In this document: piece by piece, positions 31,001 to 40,258 of the stretch | Numbering within the stretch: position 1 is the first letter of the stretch | Layout: every line of letters begins with the position of its first letter | IMG/VR virus record: IMGVR_UViG_3300009181_000083 | Coordinates: 1-57,720 of that record | From: a virus | Taxonomy: Duplodnaviria > Caudoviricetes | Reading direction: 5' to 3' (one strand) | DNA: 57,720 nucleotides | The notes under the pieces: model-generated | Told to the model about the DNA's origin: nothing | Seen by the model: only the letters and a program-made list of their open reading frames with translations | Database searches by the model: none | Position numbers and translations under genes: made by a program

Positions 31001-31228
31001 CGGTTCAATATTTGCGTAAAAAGTAAACCACTCATCTTGCGCTGGGAAGTTGGTATCTTGAGGATTCCTTACTCCTCTAAAAGTTGAGTAAGCGTAATAA
31101 AATATTCTCCAAGCACAGTCTCCAAGTCCGGAAAGTATTCTGCTATTAAAAGCGACGGCTAAAGAATTGTGCTCCAAATGACTTGGCCGGTGTCCTATCT
31201 TTACCTTTTTTGAATTAGGAAGTTTCAT
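28061..31228 (-). CDS. Putative virion structural protein
   Basis: 1055-aa ORF in the tail operon; shares a Y-I-V...NG..G..F-x-G motif with the 3094-aa protein. Confidence 0.5.
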   Translation of the reverse strand: MKLPNSKKVKIGHRPSHLEHNSLAVAFNSRILSGLGDCAWRIFYYAYSTFRGVRNPQDTNFPAQDEWFTFYANIEPKMGYGRISWPESPAGYPEGANVANPFLAWIFGNAGRATAPNGEKDKTSGEIHGYWSEPVRLGGLEVSPPELPEYDYGHASLNTVWHDSEFQRGCVAYIKNYKYESGRKEMQLLSLGIVAAARKHLRFVMDSASLGKYAPSFVPYVNGRGGIFRKKNASKDQIGQAMFYYLSYFRGSEDQRAKHNLTGNDVATDGFDFETFFSRQFLLAPNYSFPRYEKDGAGVEKIDSFGNLRIKYDPTGYPELYPEALTLGWAYPLQNTSELNIIKTVNDDNFLFKDLNNNSEFNTSPLPAYDLNRFCLSSIFIQSSDIAVQYEFESEVLLRGFLIDMYVNGNLYETIPIIPDYKYKADRSTGQTNENLKNSYKQYYIYQFNKIHHFPYPVKGKVSFRARGTEGIEVPTPKKHGTVCLGLKIPNAPDKFAILIKFAHVLEMKPSAADAYVIMRVATTEGLGLNPGDMDPVGHFNSDAVKNVFTNYIKYGVAYNLSSARLAENDVHVSANPVYESARKFISSHIKMADRYSLVDYAIERGRSVLYFKRYRFGMKKMGMDSFRGLGPSITQVGNRNMIGSVTETFIPITQGKEYIVLDMDKSSTTYIDYVWNGEKTSFKHGSIFTGGNYYYASYFSSPRIAIYELDGIITRTHVSRTQSSEIMVDDVKQKSPGAISNEWSMFMSYNLYHPSNSSAWKPEMYGDIMGALNARCLTSSYALENVSRTSKNVKLHLANVSWRQYDKPLIVESPSAYNYIEGANTNLQYAQWAGNNDYIEDFASSCSIYQKPYYIRSVTRVNEFDPTCDIIKVTIEGRLKALGSIIPGSFRENVRQWKSRMLAENVRTDENAIISYLLSMGIAHCKREVIGDVALDNQNFWAGNRPWGCCYPRFYFVKLIPYVSRNSIMYSDHYRQMEYYLRAMCNGFVNTQSELSATEIQTAIDTGDLGTQSVGGFDSAVGDYLFEDLMSNSYDNSQKNRSAVRPNMSSGGGG

Positions 31229-31231
31229 AAC

Positions 31232-31741
31232 TCAACTCCACACCGCAACAGCCCCTCCCCCGCCCGTTTTCATTCTACTTCTTCCTTTTGCATTAGTGTC
31301 TCTATAAACTGCGATTTGTTTTTTGTTTATTATTTCGTATCCCGCTCGAACATTTAATTTTTCTCCCAGCTTATATTCGGAAGATAAAGAAGTTCGTCTG
31401 CTGATAAACTCAGGCGGCATAAGAACCTTAGTAAATCGAGTTGGAGGAATGTATTTCGGGTCAGTCGGTTTAACTTTTTCTTGCTCATCTGATTTATAAA
31501 ACTTATTTAAAAGAGCTGGGGTATTCACGCACAAAATATAACCCAATTTATAATTCACAAAATTATCTTTAAAATTCAACGACATATCATCCCCCAATTG
31601 TGCATCTATCGCTTTTTTAAGAAGATCGCTCTCGCATTTGCTTACTCCGTCTTTGGAGGTTTTTTGAACCCCATCCCAACTGGCTATGTATAAAGGAATA
31701 ACGCTAGATCCTAATTTTGAACGCTTTAAATCATTTTTCAT
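31232..31741 (-). CDS. Hypothetical tail-associated protein
   Basis: 169-aa ORF tightly packed in the operon; ends GGGGAVAVWS. Confidence 0.55.
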   Translation of the reverse strand: MKNDLKRSKLGSSVIPLYIASWDGVQKTSKDGVSKCESDLLKKAIDAQLGDDMSLNFKDNFVNYKLGYILCVNTPALLNKFYKSDEQEKVKPTDPKYIPPTRFTKVLMPPEFISRRTSLSSEYKLGEKLNVRAGYEIINKKQIAVYRDTNAKGRSRMKTGGGGAVAVWS

Positions 31742-33120
31742 TATTTTGTTCCTGTTATATATCTTTCTATTATATTACTATTTGCCCCGCTAATTACCAA
31801 TTTAGCCACCATAAAATCATTATTAAACGAAATATTGTATTTAACTTCAATATTTATTAAAGAACTTTCAGAAATCGAATGTCCTGTTTTTATATATTTG
31901 GTTCCAGATACGAAAGATTTACTAGAATAACTTTCGAGACTTGGCCATAACCCTGTAGATAAATCAAAGCTACCAGTAAAACTTTTAGTATAAAAAGTCG
32001 TTAGACCTGACCCAGAAGCGATTGTCGGAAGAATATTGTTTATTATCCCCGTGCCTCCGGAAAACGTAACAACTGGAGTCGAAGTGTAGCCCGAGCCGAA
32101 AGACGTCATTTGAACACCTAAGACAGCGTCGTAATTTAAGCTAGTGCCCCCGAGAATTGCGCTACCAGAGGCTGAGTTGCCACCGCCGCCACTGAACGTT
32201 ATCGTCGGAATACTTAAATATCCATTTCCCCCACTATTTACTTGGACGCCCGTCACGAGTCCGTAGTAGCCGGTGATTCCAGAATAATATGATAAAGAAA
32301 TATCTAGAGGAAGAGATGTCGGAATTAGTGAGGATGAATTTGTTTGATAACTATAATCTAGAATTAAACCCCCGACTTTCGAGACGTTAGAATTCGACGA
32401 AGAGGTGGACAGCTTGTCTAAAAAATCCGACCCTTGTAGAATCTCAAATGTATAACTAAGATAAGGTTTCTCTACTCTTTCAACTGAAAACCGTATTGGA
32501 TAATTTCCCGCTGACGTGTCGAAAAAAGCTTGAGAAGTTAATTTTCCTAAAACTTCAGAACTTCCAGATATTATAACAACGCCAGGAGAAGAAGCTGAAA
32601 TTATTCCTGTGGAGCCGCTGGAAAAAGAAAACGAAGAAAATTGATCAAAATACCCAGAAAATAAACTAAACCCGCTAATAGAATCAGTAATTAAATATCC
32701 AGTTAAATCAGACTCAGAAATAAAAGAAGCCGGAATGCTTAATGAAAGAGTTGGTTTTTTAGATTTTATTTCTATAGACGCATCTAATACGGTGCCCGTA
32801 GTGTTAATGTAAAATTTTTCCGCATAGAAATTTTGTTTAAATCCAGAATTTAAAATTCTAGATCCATTAATAGAATAATTATAAGCCGTTCCCGAAAAAT
32901 TAGTTTGTATATTTACTGACTTATCTGGGAGATAGGATGAAAAATATCTATTTTCGGGATCAAAAATTTTTCCGCTTGTGAAGCTAAATTTATAAGTAAT
33001 TCCTTGTCCGCTAAAGCCGATTTCAGAACGCCCAGTGCAATTATTCAAAGACACATCCAGACTCGTAGAAAATCTATTTTCTCTTAAAATTTTTCGACTA
33101 GTATTTCCGGAAATGATCAT
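31741..33120 (-). CDS. Ser/Gly-rich virion (baseplate/tail-tip-like) protein
   Basis: Two repeats, V.GVQVNSGGNGYLSIPTITFSGG and V.GVQMTSFGSGYTSTPVVTFSGG, typical of phage structural proteins. Confidence 0.6.
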   Translation of the reverse strand: MIISGNTSRKILRENRFSTSLDVSLNNCTGRSEIGFSGQGITYKFSFTSGKIFDPENRYFSSYLPDKSVNIQTNFSGTAYNYSINGSRILNSGFKQNFYAEKFYINTTGTVLDASIEIKSKKPTLSLSIPASFISESDLTGYLITDSISGFSLFSGYFDQFSSFSFSSGSTGIISASSPGVVIISGSSEVLGKLTSQAFFDTSAGNYPIRFSVERVEKPYLSYTFEILQGSDFLDKLSTSSSNSNVSKVGGLILDYSYQTNSSSLIPTSLPLDISLSYYSGITGYYGLVTGVQVNSGGNGYLSIPTITFSGGGGNSASGSAILGGTSLNYDAVLGVQMTSFGSGYTSTPVVTFSGGTGIINNILPTIASGSGLTTFYTKSFTGSFDLSTGLWPSLESYSSKSFVSGTKYIKTGHSISESSLINIEVKYNISFNNDFMVAKLVISGANSNIIERYITGTK

Positions 33121-36100
33121 ACCAAGAAGTTCGTGTTTTGAAATTTTATATTAGGTTTATTATTGTAAATTAATGTTTCCATTGAGAGCGGTTTAGCGGG
33201 CCTGCTATTAAATTGGCATTTTAAATTTAGACCTCCTTCCCCAAGAGTCATATTCAGACTACTCAAGCCATTATTTACTGATAATATATCTTTCAATCCT
33301 GAGCTGATTGAGCTGCAAAAAAGCTCAGCAGAAAAAGATACTGCCGGACCTTGTATTGAAATGTTTTTTTCATCATAATATTTTTTTAATGTCTCATGAA
33401 ACTTTGTAAGCGTTGTGAATTGGTAGGCTGGAGTATCTAGTGTGTAACCTTGGTAATGCATAATGACGGGGTCTACTTCGGCGGTATCTAAGACCGTGTC
33501 TAACGCAAACGCGGGAGTCGATTGGTCCCCAAATAATCCTCTAATGTTTGGCGTTACGTTGTTTAAGGATATGTCTACAGAAAATGCATCGCTTTCTAAT
33601 ATCTTTGATATATCCGAAGAGTCTTCCAAACCACCCTTCACGAACTGCTCGAAAGGGACGAAAACTTCAGAACTTGTTTTACTCATTAATCTGATCTTAT
33701 AAGTTTCTTCGGAAGGGAATATTATGGATTCAAAAATGATTTTGTTTAAATTCTTTGTATACAACACTATCGCGGGCTCTTCCGAGCCTTCTATGTTTTT
33801 CATATACCATCTGCCCTTATTGTCCAGCGTAGCTTTATATTTACTATCACCATTTCTGGTTAGTCGGTAGTTGTGAATCCTGATCTGGTTAAGCATGGTT
33901 TCTTCATCTAGGTCGGCTGAGAGACGCCCGCTCAAACTCACTTTCATTAGTTGAGCGAAAACTATATCTTGAGGAGGCATTTTTCTTGTAATCTTAACTC
34001 TACGGCACTTAAGCGGGTTTGGTCCTTGAGCTGATTGTTTTACGGCTGACGCATCGCTGCTGATCTTCTCCATTTCGCTTTGAAAAACGCATATTTCATA
34101 TAAGACTGTTTTACTACAATCATTTTTTTTATCTTTTTTACTCTTAAGATCTGCGTTTTCATTCAGTTTACCTATCACTTCGCATAGTGATCTGATTTGA
34201 TTTTGCAACTCGATAGGGTTAATAAATTCGCCTGGTACATCATTCTTTACCTCTTCGAACGTGAAGAGACTCCTGTTATTCGCTATAGAATAAAGAAGAC
34301 CAAATTTAAAATCTCCCACCACCAAACTTGAAATATTCACCGGCAAGACCGCCTGAAGTAACGCAAGAGTTACGGGGGACAACTCTTTAAACCCTGGAGA
34401 ATATAGATCCGCCAAATTTAGTTCAAAGTGTTCAGAGGTCCCGACGGAATATTCAAATATTTCTATTTGTCTAATTAGCTCTTCAAAAACGCCGTAAGCA
34501 GAGCCAGGCCTTTCTGAATAAAATATTAATTTTTTTAACTGTTCACTATCGGCAAGCTTTTTTATATAATCACTTTCCGAAGATTTGCAGACTGTGTCAG
34601 CCAAATTCTTGGCGGCGATTAAAGATGAGTAAGCATTAAAATAACTTTCAGAACCTTCGTATACAGCGTTTAGTTTTTGTATCAAAAACCGACCCTCTGT
34701 AAAAAGCGGTATAGAATAAAGTTGTTCATCGTAATATTTTTGAACAGCAGGCATTGACGTTATTTCGTATTGACTTAATGAGTTTTCATTACCTGAAGAC
34801 CCCTCTTTAACATCAAAATAATCAGTCCAATAATGCTTCCCTAGAAAATCAGCAATATAAGATTCGATTCTTTCTATTTGATTTACTAATTCTTGATTGT
34901 AAAAGCCAAAATGAAAATCATACACGGCATCGCCTTCGGCATCGAATAAATTTTTAGATTGGATCTCTAATATAGAAGAGATAGCCTCTTCGAGTAGCAT
35001 TTCCGTATCGTTGCCTAAATTTAATTTTGAATTCATAACCTCATCAGTTACGGTCAAGAATCCCAAAGCTCGAAAAGCTCCTATTCTATAATTGTAAATC
35101 TGTCGCAACTTCGGGCTAAATCTTCCCAAGACGGCGGATGTGATGACTTCCTTATAGCCCCTTCCAGCTCCGCAAAAATCTAGACTTAAGAACTTTCCTA
35201 ATGGATTTTCTTTGTCAAAAACCTGTATTCCATTCAAACCAATAATATAATACGGCTCCCTGAGCCCAAACCATTTTGGAAAGATGCTGGCTAAATTCAT
35301 ATTGTAGAAGTTTTTGTCGCCAAGGCTCGACTCAAAAGAGGTGTTATTATCTCTAGCTTCTTTAAAATAAAAAGAAGAATACAAATTTAATTTTTTTTGA
35401 CTTAAGTCGTAGTCAAAGTCTTGAGATTGGATGACGAAATTTGAGCTAGAAGTCTCTAAATCTTCTAAATTAAGCTTCGTTGACATAACTGTCTCTTTAG
35501 AGGTATTGCTGGATAAATCAATTCCTTTTATGACAATCTCAGACGAACTCGAAAAATCTACAACGTAAGAGTAAGAGTATATGTCGCACCATTGGTTTAA
35601 AACATCTTTAAGTGTTCCTGAAAAATTCTTTTTTATTCTTCCTTTTGACTTATCTATCAAAGAAGGCGAATCGCTCTCTGTGAATATTTTAATTCCTAAT
35701 TTTTTCATCGCCGCTAGCAGCGTGCTAAACGAGTAAGTAACCTCAGAACTAGAACACTGGGAATCTTTAAAGTCTTCTTCCCCCACTAGAATAACGGCTC
35801 CGTAACCTCTTTGGATAGATTTTTGAAGATCCTTTGATTTGATGGTGATATAATTAAATTGGTCTTCGTTAATACATCCCGATAATTCCTTTTCGATACA
35901 TGCCGGCTCCTTCTGGATAAACTGACGACAGTCTTGTGAAATTTCCTCGTCGGTATAAGCTCCTAATGCGTCCAGTTCTTTCTTACATTTATCAGGCATT
36001 GCTATTTCCTTGAGAGTAAATCCTGATTCCAATATGCATGTGTCTTCGTCTATCTTTAACTTTTTAGCCAAATGATCCGCTGTAAAATGCAATAATTGCT

Positions 36101-36719
36101 TGTAATGAGTTGTCCTCATCTCTTCTTTTTTGAGATTTACAGCAGGGCAAAATATTTTTATGTCAGTTATTTTTGCTATTTTTTCCGACCTTAAATCCAG
36201 AGCAACATGTTGACCCAATACACCAACAAAAATTTTATTTAAAACAATAGAATTATCGTGTAAAGTTAATGTGAGAATTTTTTCATTGTTTTTCTTGGAG
36301 ATCGAGTAACTTATGATTTTAAAATTAAACAATTCGTAATTTTCAGCAGAACTCGAGTTACCGTTAATGGAGATATTGTAACCACTCCTTATACCTATAT
36401 GATTTTCATTTATATCGAAATCATTATCTGCTAGGACACTAAAAGTTTGCGCACCTCCCGAGCGTGTCAAGGTTAGGGTTTGGGTTGCGCTGGCTATATC
36501 TTTTTTTCTTTGATCTATGACGTCATTACGTTTGCTGACATTTTTTAGCGTTTTATCCAAGGCTAAATTAAGAATTAAGGCGGAAGGCTCTCCGTTAAAG
36601 CCGACGGTCAGAGATAAATTATAAACGTAACCATTGAAAATTTTATTTCCAAGAGCCGAGCTTACGGTTCCTATCACTCTTGTTATGTTTATGCTGCTGC
36701 TATTTTGAACTTTTGCCAT
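33117..36719 (-). CDS. Putative tail-tip hub (Tal/baseplate hub-like) protein
   Basis: 1200 aa downstream of the TMP; N-terminal FNG.VY.L.L..GF...PS.L.L.L and FSGTLKDVLNQWC..YSY suggest a hub fold. Call is largely positional. Confidence 0.45.
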   Translation of the reverse strand: MAKVQNSSSINITRVIGTVSSALGNKIFNGYVYNLSLTVGFNGEPSALILNLALDKTLKNVSKRNDVIDQRKKDIASATQTLTLTRSGGAQTFSVLADNDFDINENHIGIRSGYNISINGNSSSAENYELFNFKIISYSISKKNNEKILTLTLHDNSIVLNKIFVGVLGQHVALDLRSEKIAKITDIKIFCPAVNLKKEEMRTTHYKQLLHFTADHLAKKLKIDEDTCILESGFTLKEIAMPDKCKKELDALGAYTDEEISQDCRQFIQKEPACIEKELSGCINEDQFNYITIKSKDLQKSIQRGYGAVILVGEEDFKDSQCSSSEVTYSFSTLLAAMKKLGIKIFTESDSPSLIDKSKGRIKKNFSGTLKDVLNQWCDIYSYSYVVDFSSSSEIVIKGIDLSSNTSKETVMSTKLNLEDLETSSSNFVIQSQDFDYDLSQKKLNLYSSFYFKEARDNNTSFESSLGDKNFYNMNLASIFPKWFGLREPYYIIGLNGIQVFDKENPLGKFLSLDFCGAGRGYKEVITSAVLGRFSPKLRQIYNYRIGAFRALGFLTVTDEVMNSKLNLGNDTEMLLEEAISSILEIQSKNLFDAEGDAVYDFHFGFYNQELVNQIERIESYIADFLGKHYWTDYFDVKEGSSGNENSLSQYEITSMPAVQKYYDEQLYSIPLFTEGRFLIQKLNAVYEGSESYFNAYSSLIAAKNLADTVCKSSESDYIKKLADSEQLKKLIFYSERPGSAYGVFEELIRQIEIFEYSVGTSEHFELNLADLYSPGFKELSPVTLALLQAVLPVNISSLVVGDFKFGLLYSIANNRSLFTFEEVKNDVPGEFINPIELQNQIRSLCEVIGKLNENADLKSKKDKKNDCSKTVLYEICVFQSEMEKISSDASAVKQSAQGPNPLKCRRVKITRKMPPQDIVFAQLMKVSLSGRLSADLDEETMLNQIRIHNYRLTRNGDSKYKATLDNKGRWYMKNIEGSEEPAIVLYTKNLNKIIFESIIFPSEETYKIRLMSKTSSEVFVPFEQFVKGGLEDSSDISKILESDAFSVDISLNNVTPNIRGLFGDQSTPAFALDTVLDTAEVDPVIMHYQGYTLDTPAYQFTTLTKFHETLKKYYDEKNISIQGPAVSFSAELFCSSISSGLKDILSVNNGLSSLNMTLGEGGLNLKCQFNSRPAKPLSMETLIYNNKPNIKFQNTNFLV

Positions 36720-36734
36720 ATGCCTTAATTTAGA

Positions 36735-36740
36735 TTACAC
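36735..36740 (-). promoter_or_regulatory. GTGTAA putative late-promoter motif
   Basis: GTGTAATC ending its hexamer 15 nt before ATG 36719; coincides with the Val-stop of the upstream gene. Confidence 0.5.
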
Positions 36741-38516
36741 GTTGAAATAATCTGTATTATTATTATAAATAATATCAGTCATAGGGTCTAAAGAAAACGT
36801 AGAGTAGTTCAAATTAAAATTTGATAATTTTTGATAATCTGTTCCTTTAATTTGTCTTAATCCATTGACCCAAATTTGCTCGTCGAAAAGACTTAAATTT
36901 GTATCAAAATTATTATCATTATATCCTGTGTATCTAGAAAGATTTTTGTTATGCTTTGGTAAGATGAGAATGTCTCCATCTGTCAAATTAGTAGTGGACA
37001 ATACAACTGTTGCACCGACTCCGGAGTAGTCTATTCCAGACGTTAATTTCATACCATTTAAGTATAAATCTCGATTGTTAATGTAAGATCCGCTAAAAGC
37101 TTTAGATCCATTAGTCACGTCTTGAGTTGTAAGACCCGTTAGAGACCCTGATCCAGAAATGATATCATAAATAGGAAAATCAAAAACATCGAAAAACAAT
37201 TCAGATCTTATAGACTTTTTTGAAATGATAAAGTCTCCGGTTGTTTGAGAGCTGAAGCCCGTCGCTAAAGTTTGGCTTATGCCATTTACATACAAGTTGA
37301 GCCACTCTCCAGCTCCCGTTGAAAATATGGAGTAAGTGTTGGTGTCCTGAGAAAAGTTCGGAATCAAATTTAAATCATCATTATTAACTCCGGAAAAACT
37401 ATAAACCTCCTTGAGGGAAGATCCGAAGTTACTTGAGAGAAGGATCTTAGAATTACCAAAAGGCACGGAGTAGCCGTAATCAATCAAGCCGCTAGCTTCA
37501 TAAAAGAAGGTCCGAGTCGATGTTCCAGACGCGATTCCGGTCATCTCAACTACCCCAGTCTCATAGACTACGCCAGTGACTCCTGAATAAGTATATCTAT
37601 TGATCACCCCGCCGTCTACGGTTTCAGTTCCCGCCAAGATCGCGACGTAACCAGTAATGCCCGTCGAGATAGGAAGGCTTTCAAATTTTAACCCAGTTAC
37701 CTTAATAAAATTATTCGTCTCGTCTTGGTAAAAGCTTGGAGCAAATCCCGAGCAAAAGAAAGCTTTAGCAAACGTATTCCTTTCTGCGAACCTCAAGCCT
37801 TTATCTAAAACCATAAAACTATTAATATTACCACTAAAATTTCTATAACTAGAACCAGAAACCCTCATGCCTCCTATATAAAAACTATCAGAAGGAGTAA
37901 AATCTAATAATTCAAATTGAGAATCTGTTGACAGCTTATTCAGCGAATCATTAAACTGATGAACGCCAATAAAAAGATCAGAATTTATTTTCGATAATGA
38001 AACTAAATTTTTATTATCTAAATCATCATCTACTGTATATATTCTTTTCCCGCTGGATTGAGTATTGTATTCACAAAATAATCTATTGCATCCATTGATT
38101 CCGAAGGTTAATCCCGAAACCGAAGAGTCTCCGCTTCTTGAAGAGAAAATGACTTTGCTAACGTTAGAAAATCCAGTTTCCAGATGATTAAAAGCAGTAA
38201 AAATTGTCCAATCATTCAGAGTGACTTTCCCTAAAACTTTTAATTTAGTATTACCGCCAAAATTTCCACTAACTATAGAGCTCGAAATCCTCCCAGTATC
38301 AGAAACGCTCAAAGCTGGATTATAAAAATCATAAACATTAGAACCAGAATATTGAGAACCAGTACCAGTAATTCTATTAAATACTAAATATCCTGTATTA
38401 CCAGAAGAATCAGTTAAGCCAGTATACGAAACATTTCTAAAATCATAATCAACTACAACAGAATTCATCGGGCAAAATATTCGATTCAAAAATCCAGATT
38501 TTATTAGTTCATTCAT
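36735..38516 (-). CDS. Virion protein with a LamG/ConA-like domain and NG..Q..DY repeats
   Basis: WTIF..VIFSS..FYIGG..FSGNINSF (LamG-like); LYVNGISQ, LYLNGMKLTSGIDY, IWVNGLRQIKGTDY. Confidence 0.65.
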   Translation of the reverse strand: MNELIKSGFLNRIFCPMNSVVVDYDFRNVSYTGLTDSSGNTGYLVFNRITGTGSQYSGSNVYDFYNPALSVSDTGRISSSIVSGNFGGNTKLKVLGKVTLNDWTIFTAFNHLETGFSNVSKVIFSSRSGDSSVSGLTFGINGCNRLFCEYNTQSSGKRIYTVDDDLDNKNLVSLSKINSDLFIGVHQFNDSLNKLSTDSQFELLDFTPSDSFYIGGMRVSGSSYRNFSGNINSFMVLDKGLRFAERNTFAKAFFCSGFAPSFYQDETNNFIKVTGLKFESLPISTGITGYVAILAGTETVDGGVINRYTYSGVTGVVYETGVVEMTGIASGTSTRTFFYEASGLIDYGYSVPFGNSKILLSSNFGSSLKEVYSFSGVNNDDLNLIPNFSQDTNTYSIFSTGAGEWLNLYVNGISQTLATGFSSQTTGDFIISKKSIRSELFFDVFDFPIYDIISGSGSLTGLTTQDVTNGSKAFSGSYINNRDLYLNGMKLTSGIDYSGVGATVVLSTTNLTDGDILILPKHNKNLSRYTGYNDNNFDTNLSLFDEQIWVNGLRQIKGTDYQKLSNFNLNYSTFSLDPMTDIIYNNNTDYFNV

Positions 38517-38517
38517 G

Positions 38518-40257
38518 TTATTGTGATTTAATTATTTTTCGTTTAGCTAATTCGGTTGATGACAATTCGAAAGAATACGCACACGAAGCACTAACTGTTG
38601 ACCCTACTTTACTACCATCAATTCCGTAGCTATTTCCAACGGAAGAAGTTGAAACTTCTTTTTGAAGAGAGTCTAAGCCGGCTAATGTCAGCGGCTGGAT
38701 AAAATTAGTTTCGAAATCTCCAAATATTCCAGTTTTTGAATTTAAAAGACTAAGTTCGGTTGATCCTGGGTTTGCTATTTGAATATCTAAACTCACGTTT
38801 TCTCTTTTTTGAGTATTGATATCTACAACTAAATGTTTAATTGAATCATTACATGAAGAAGCAAAAGAGTATACAGTATTATACGGAGTGTATTGTATTG
38901 AATAATCCGAAGATCCTAGCGAGTTAAGTTTATCTTTGTTATCGAAACTAGCCGAAACAGACGCCGTCCCTAGTTGAGCGTTTGAAGTTACTTCTACAGA
39001 ATTAGGAATAATGTTTAAAGTAAAAAGAGGAGTTGTGTCTCCAAGATACGCAGTATAGAAAGAGTTAGCGAAATCATAAATTCTAGGAACTGACAAACTT
39101 GTTCCACTAGTTAAAAATTGCTGTAAATAACCTGAAGAACTCGTAGATCTATTCGCTCGACTTCCTCTGCATTTTACTTCCCCTTTTACATCTACCGTTA
39201 TTGTTTTCGTCAATTCGTCAACGGAACAAGACGTTTGGGCGTCGAAATAGCATCCGCCGTAAGAATACGGGCCGTCTGTTCCGTAGAATTCAGAATTGTC
39301 ATAAGATGCATTAAAATTAATTTTTTTTGCTCCTGAGTTTTCCGTTACGGAGAAAGTAATTGGATCTGAACAAAACGTTAAACCATTCGGAGACCCGTAG
39401 GTCCCAGATACAACAGAGTAAGGACTTAAAGTAGATAGTTCGCTGTATAGGTCGGATAAAGTTCCAGCTCCGCTTATAGGATGTCTTATTTCTCCTTGAA
39501 TCGTAGCTGTAACAAAATCATCACCGGCTCCGGAAGATAAGGTCGTCGAATAAGATGTTAAAAAATTTTTATTAAAATTATAACCCAAAACTCCGCTTAG
39601 TAATTTAAATTTATAACTCTTTTCAAGTGAATAAGTTAAATCTAATCGATTTAAATTTTCAGAAACGTTTACTAAAATAGGAGTAAAAGCCGTGATAGAT
39701 CCTGCCAATTTACTCATAGCCGCAATCTTTGCTACTCCAGAGGCTGATCTTCCGCTAACAAAATTTTTCGCACTATTTATTGCCGTATTTGCATTACCGA
39801 TAGAAAATCCCTTAGCCGATACAGCATGACTTACCGTTCCAAATCCGTCATTGCCTGCTGAAATTCTTATCTCATCTTTCGGCTCTAAAATACCAAAGAA
39901 TGAGTCGCCAGAAGGATAAGACAGTAATTCAATAGAATAAGGAACAATTCTGTTGTAACGAGAGCTATCGAAAGATATAGATTCAAACGAACAACCGGAA
40001 AAAACAATGGCATCGGTGGAGCTGCCAATACCTTCGGTAATCGCTAACGTTTTGTAACTAGTTGAAAAAATACCAACCAAACCCGATTGAGCGGTTGCTA
40101 AAGCGGCAAAACTAGTTCCTGTTATTTGTCCGTTTAATGTTATCTTATTTACGGATGCAAATCTGCTTCCGTATCTAATAATTTCGTTATTTACAGATAC
40201 GTAAGGAGTTGGAGTGGGTAGTGTGACATTATTATACTTTACCAATACATCTGACAT
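38518..40257 (-). CDS. Distal tail/tail-tip protein (paralogue of 40259-42136)
   Basis: Second gene after the TMP; colinear motifs shared with its neighbour. Confidence 0.5.
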   Translation of the reverse strand: MSDVLVKYNNVTLPTPTPYVSVNNEIIRYGSRFASVNKITLNGQITGTSFAALATAQSGLVGIFSTSYKTLAITEGIGSSTDAIVFSGCSFESISFDSSRYNRIVPYSIELLSYPSGDSFFGILEPKDEIRISAGNDGFGTVSHAVSAKGFSIGNANTAINSAKNFVSGRSASGVAKIAAMSKLAGSITAFTPILVNVSENLNRLDLTYSLEKSYKFKLLSGVLGYNFNKNFLTSYSTTLSSGAGDDFVTATIQGEIRHPISGAGTLSDLYSELSTLSPYSVVSGTYGSPNGLTFCSDPITFSVTENSGAKKINFNASYDNSEFYGTDGPYSYGGCYFDAQTSCSVDELTKTITVDVKGEVKCRGSRANRSTSSSGYLQQFLTSGTSLSVPRIYDFANSFYTAYLGDTTPLFTLNIIPNSVEVTSNAQLGTASVSASFDNKDKLNSLGSSDYSIQYTPYNTVYSFASSCNDSIKHLVVDINTQKRENVSLDIQIANPGSTELSLLNSKTGIFGDFETNFIQPLTLAGLDSLQKEVSTSSVGNSYGIDGSKVGSTVSASCAYSFELSSTELAKRKIIKSQ

Positions 40258-40258
40258 A

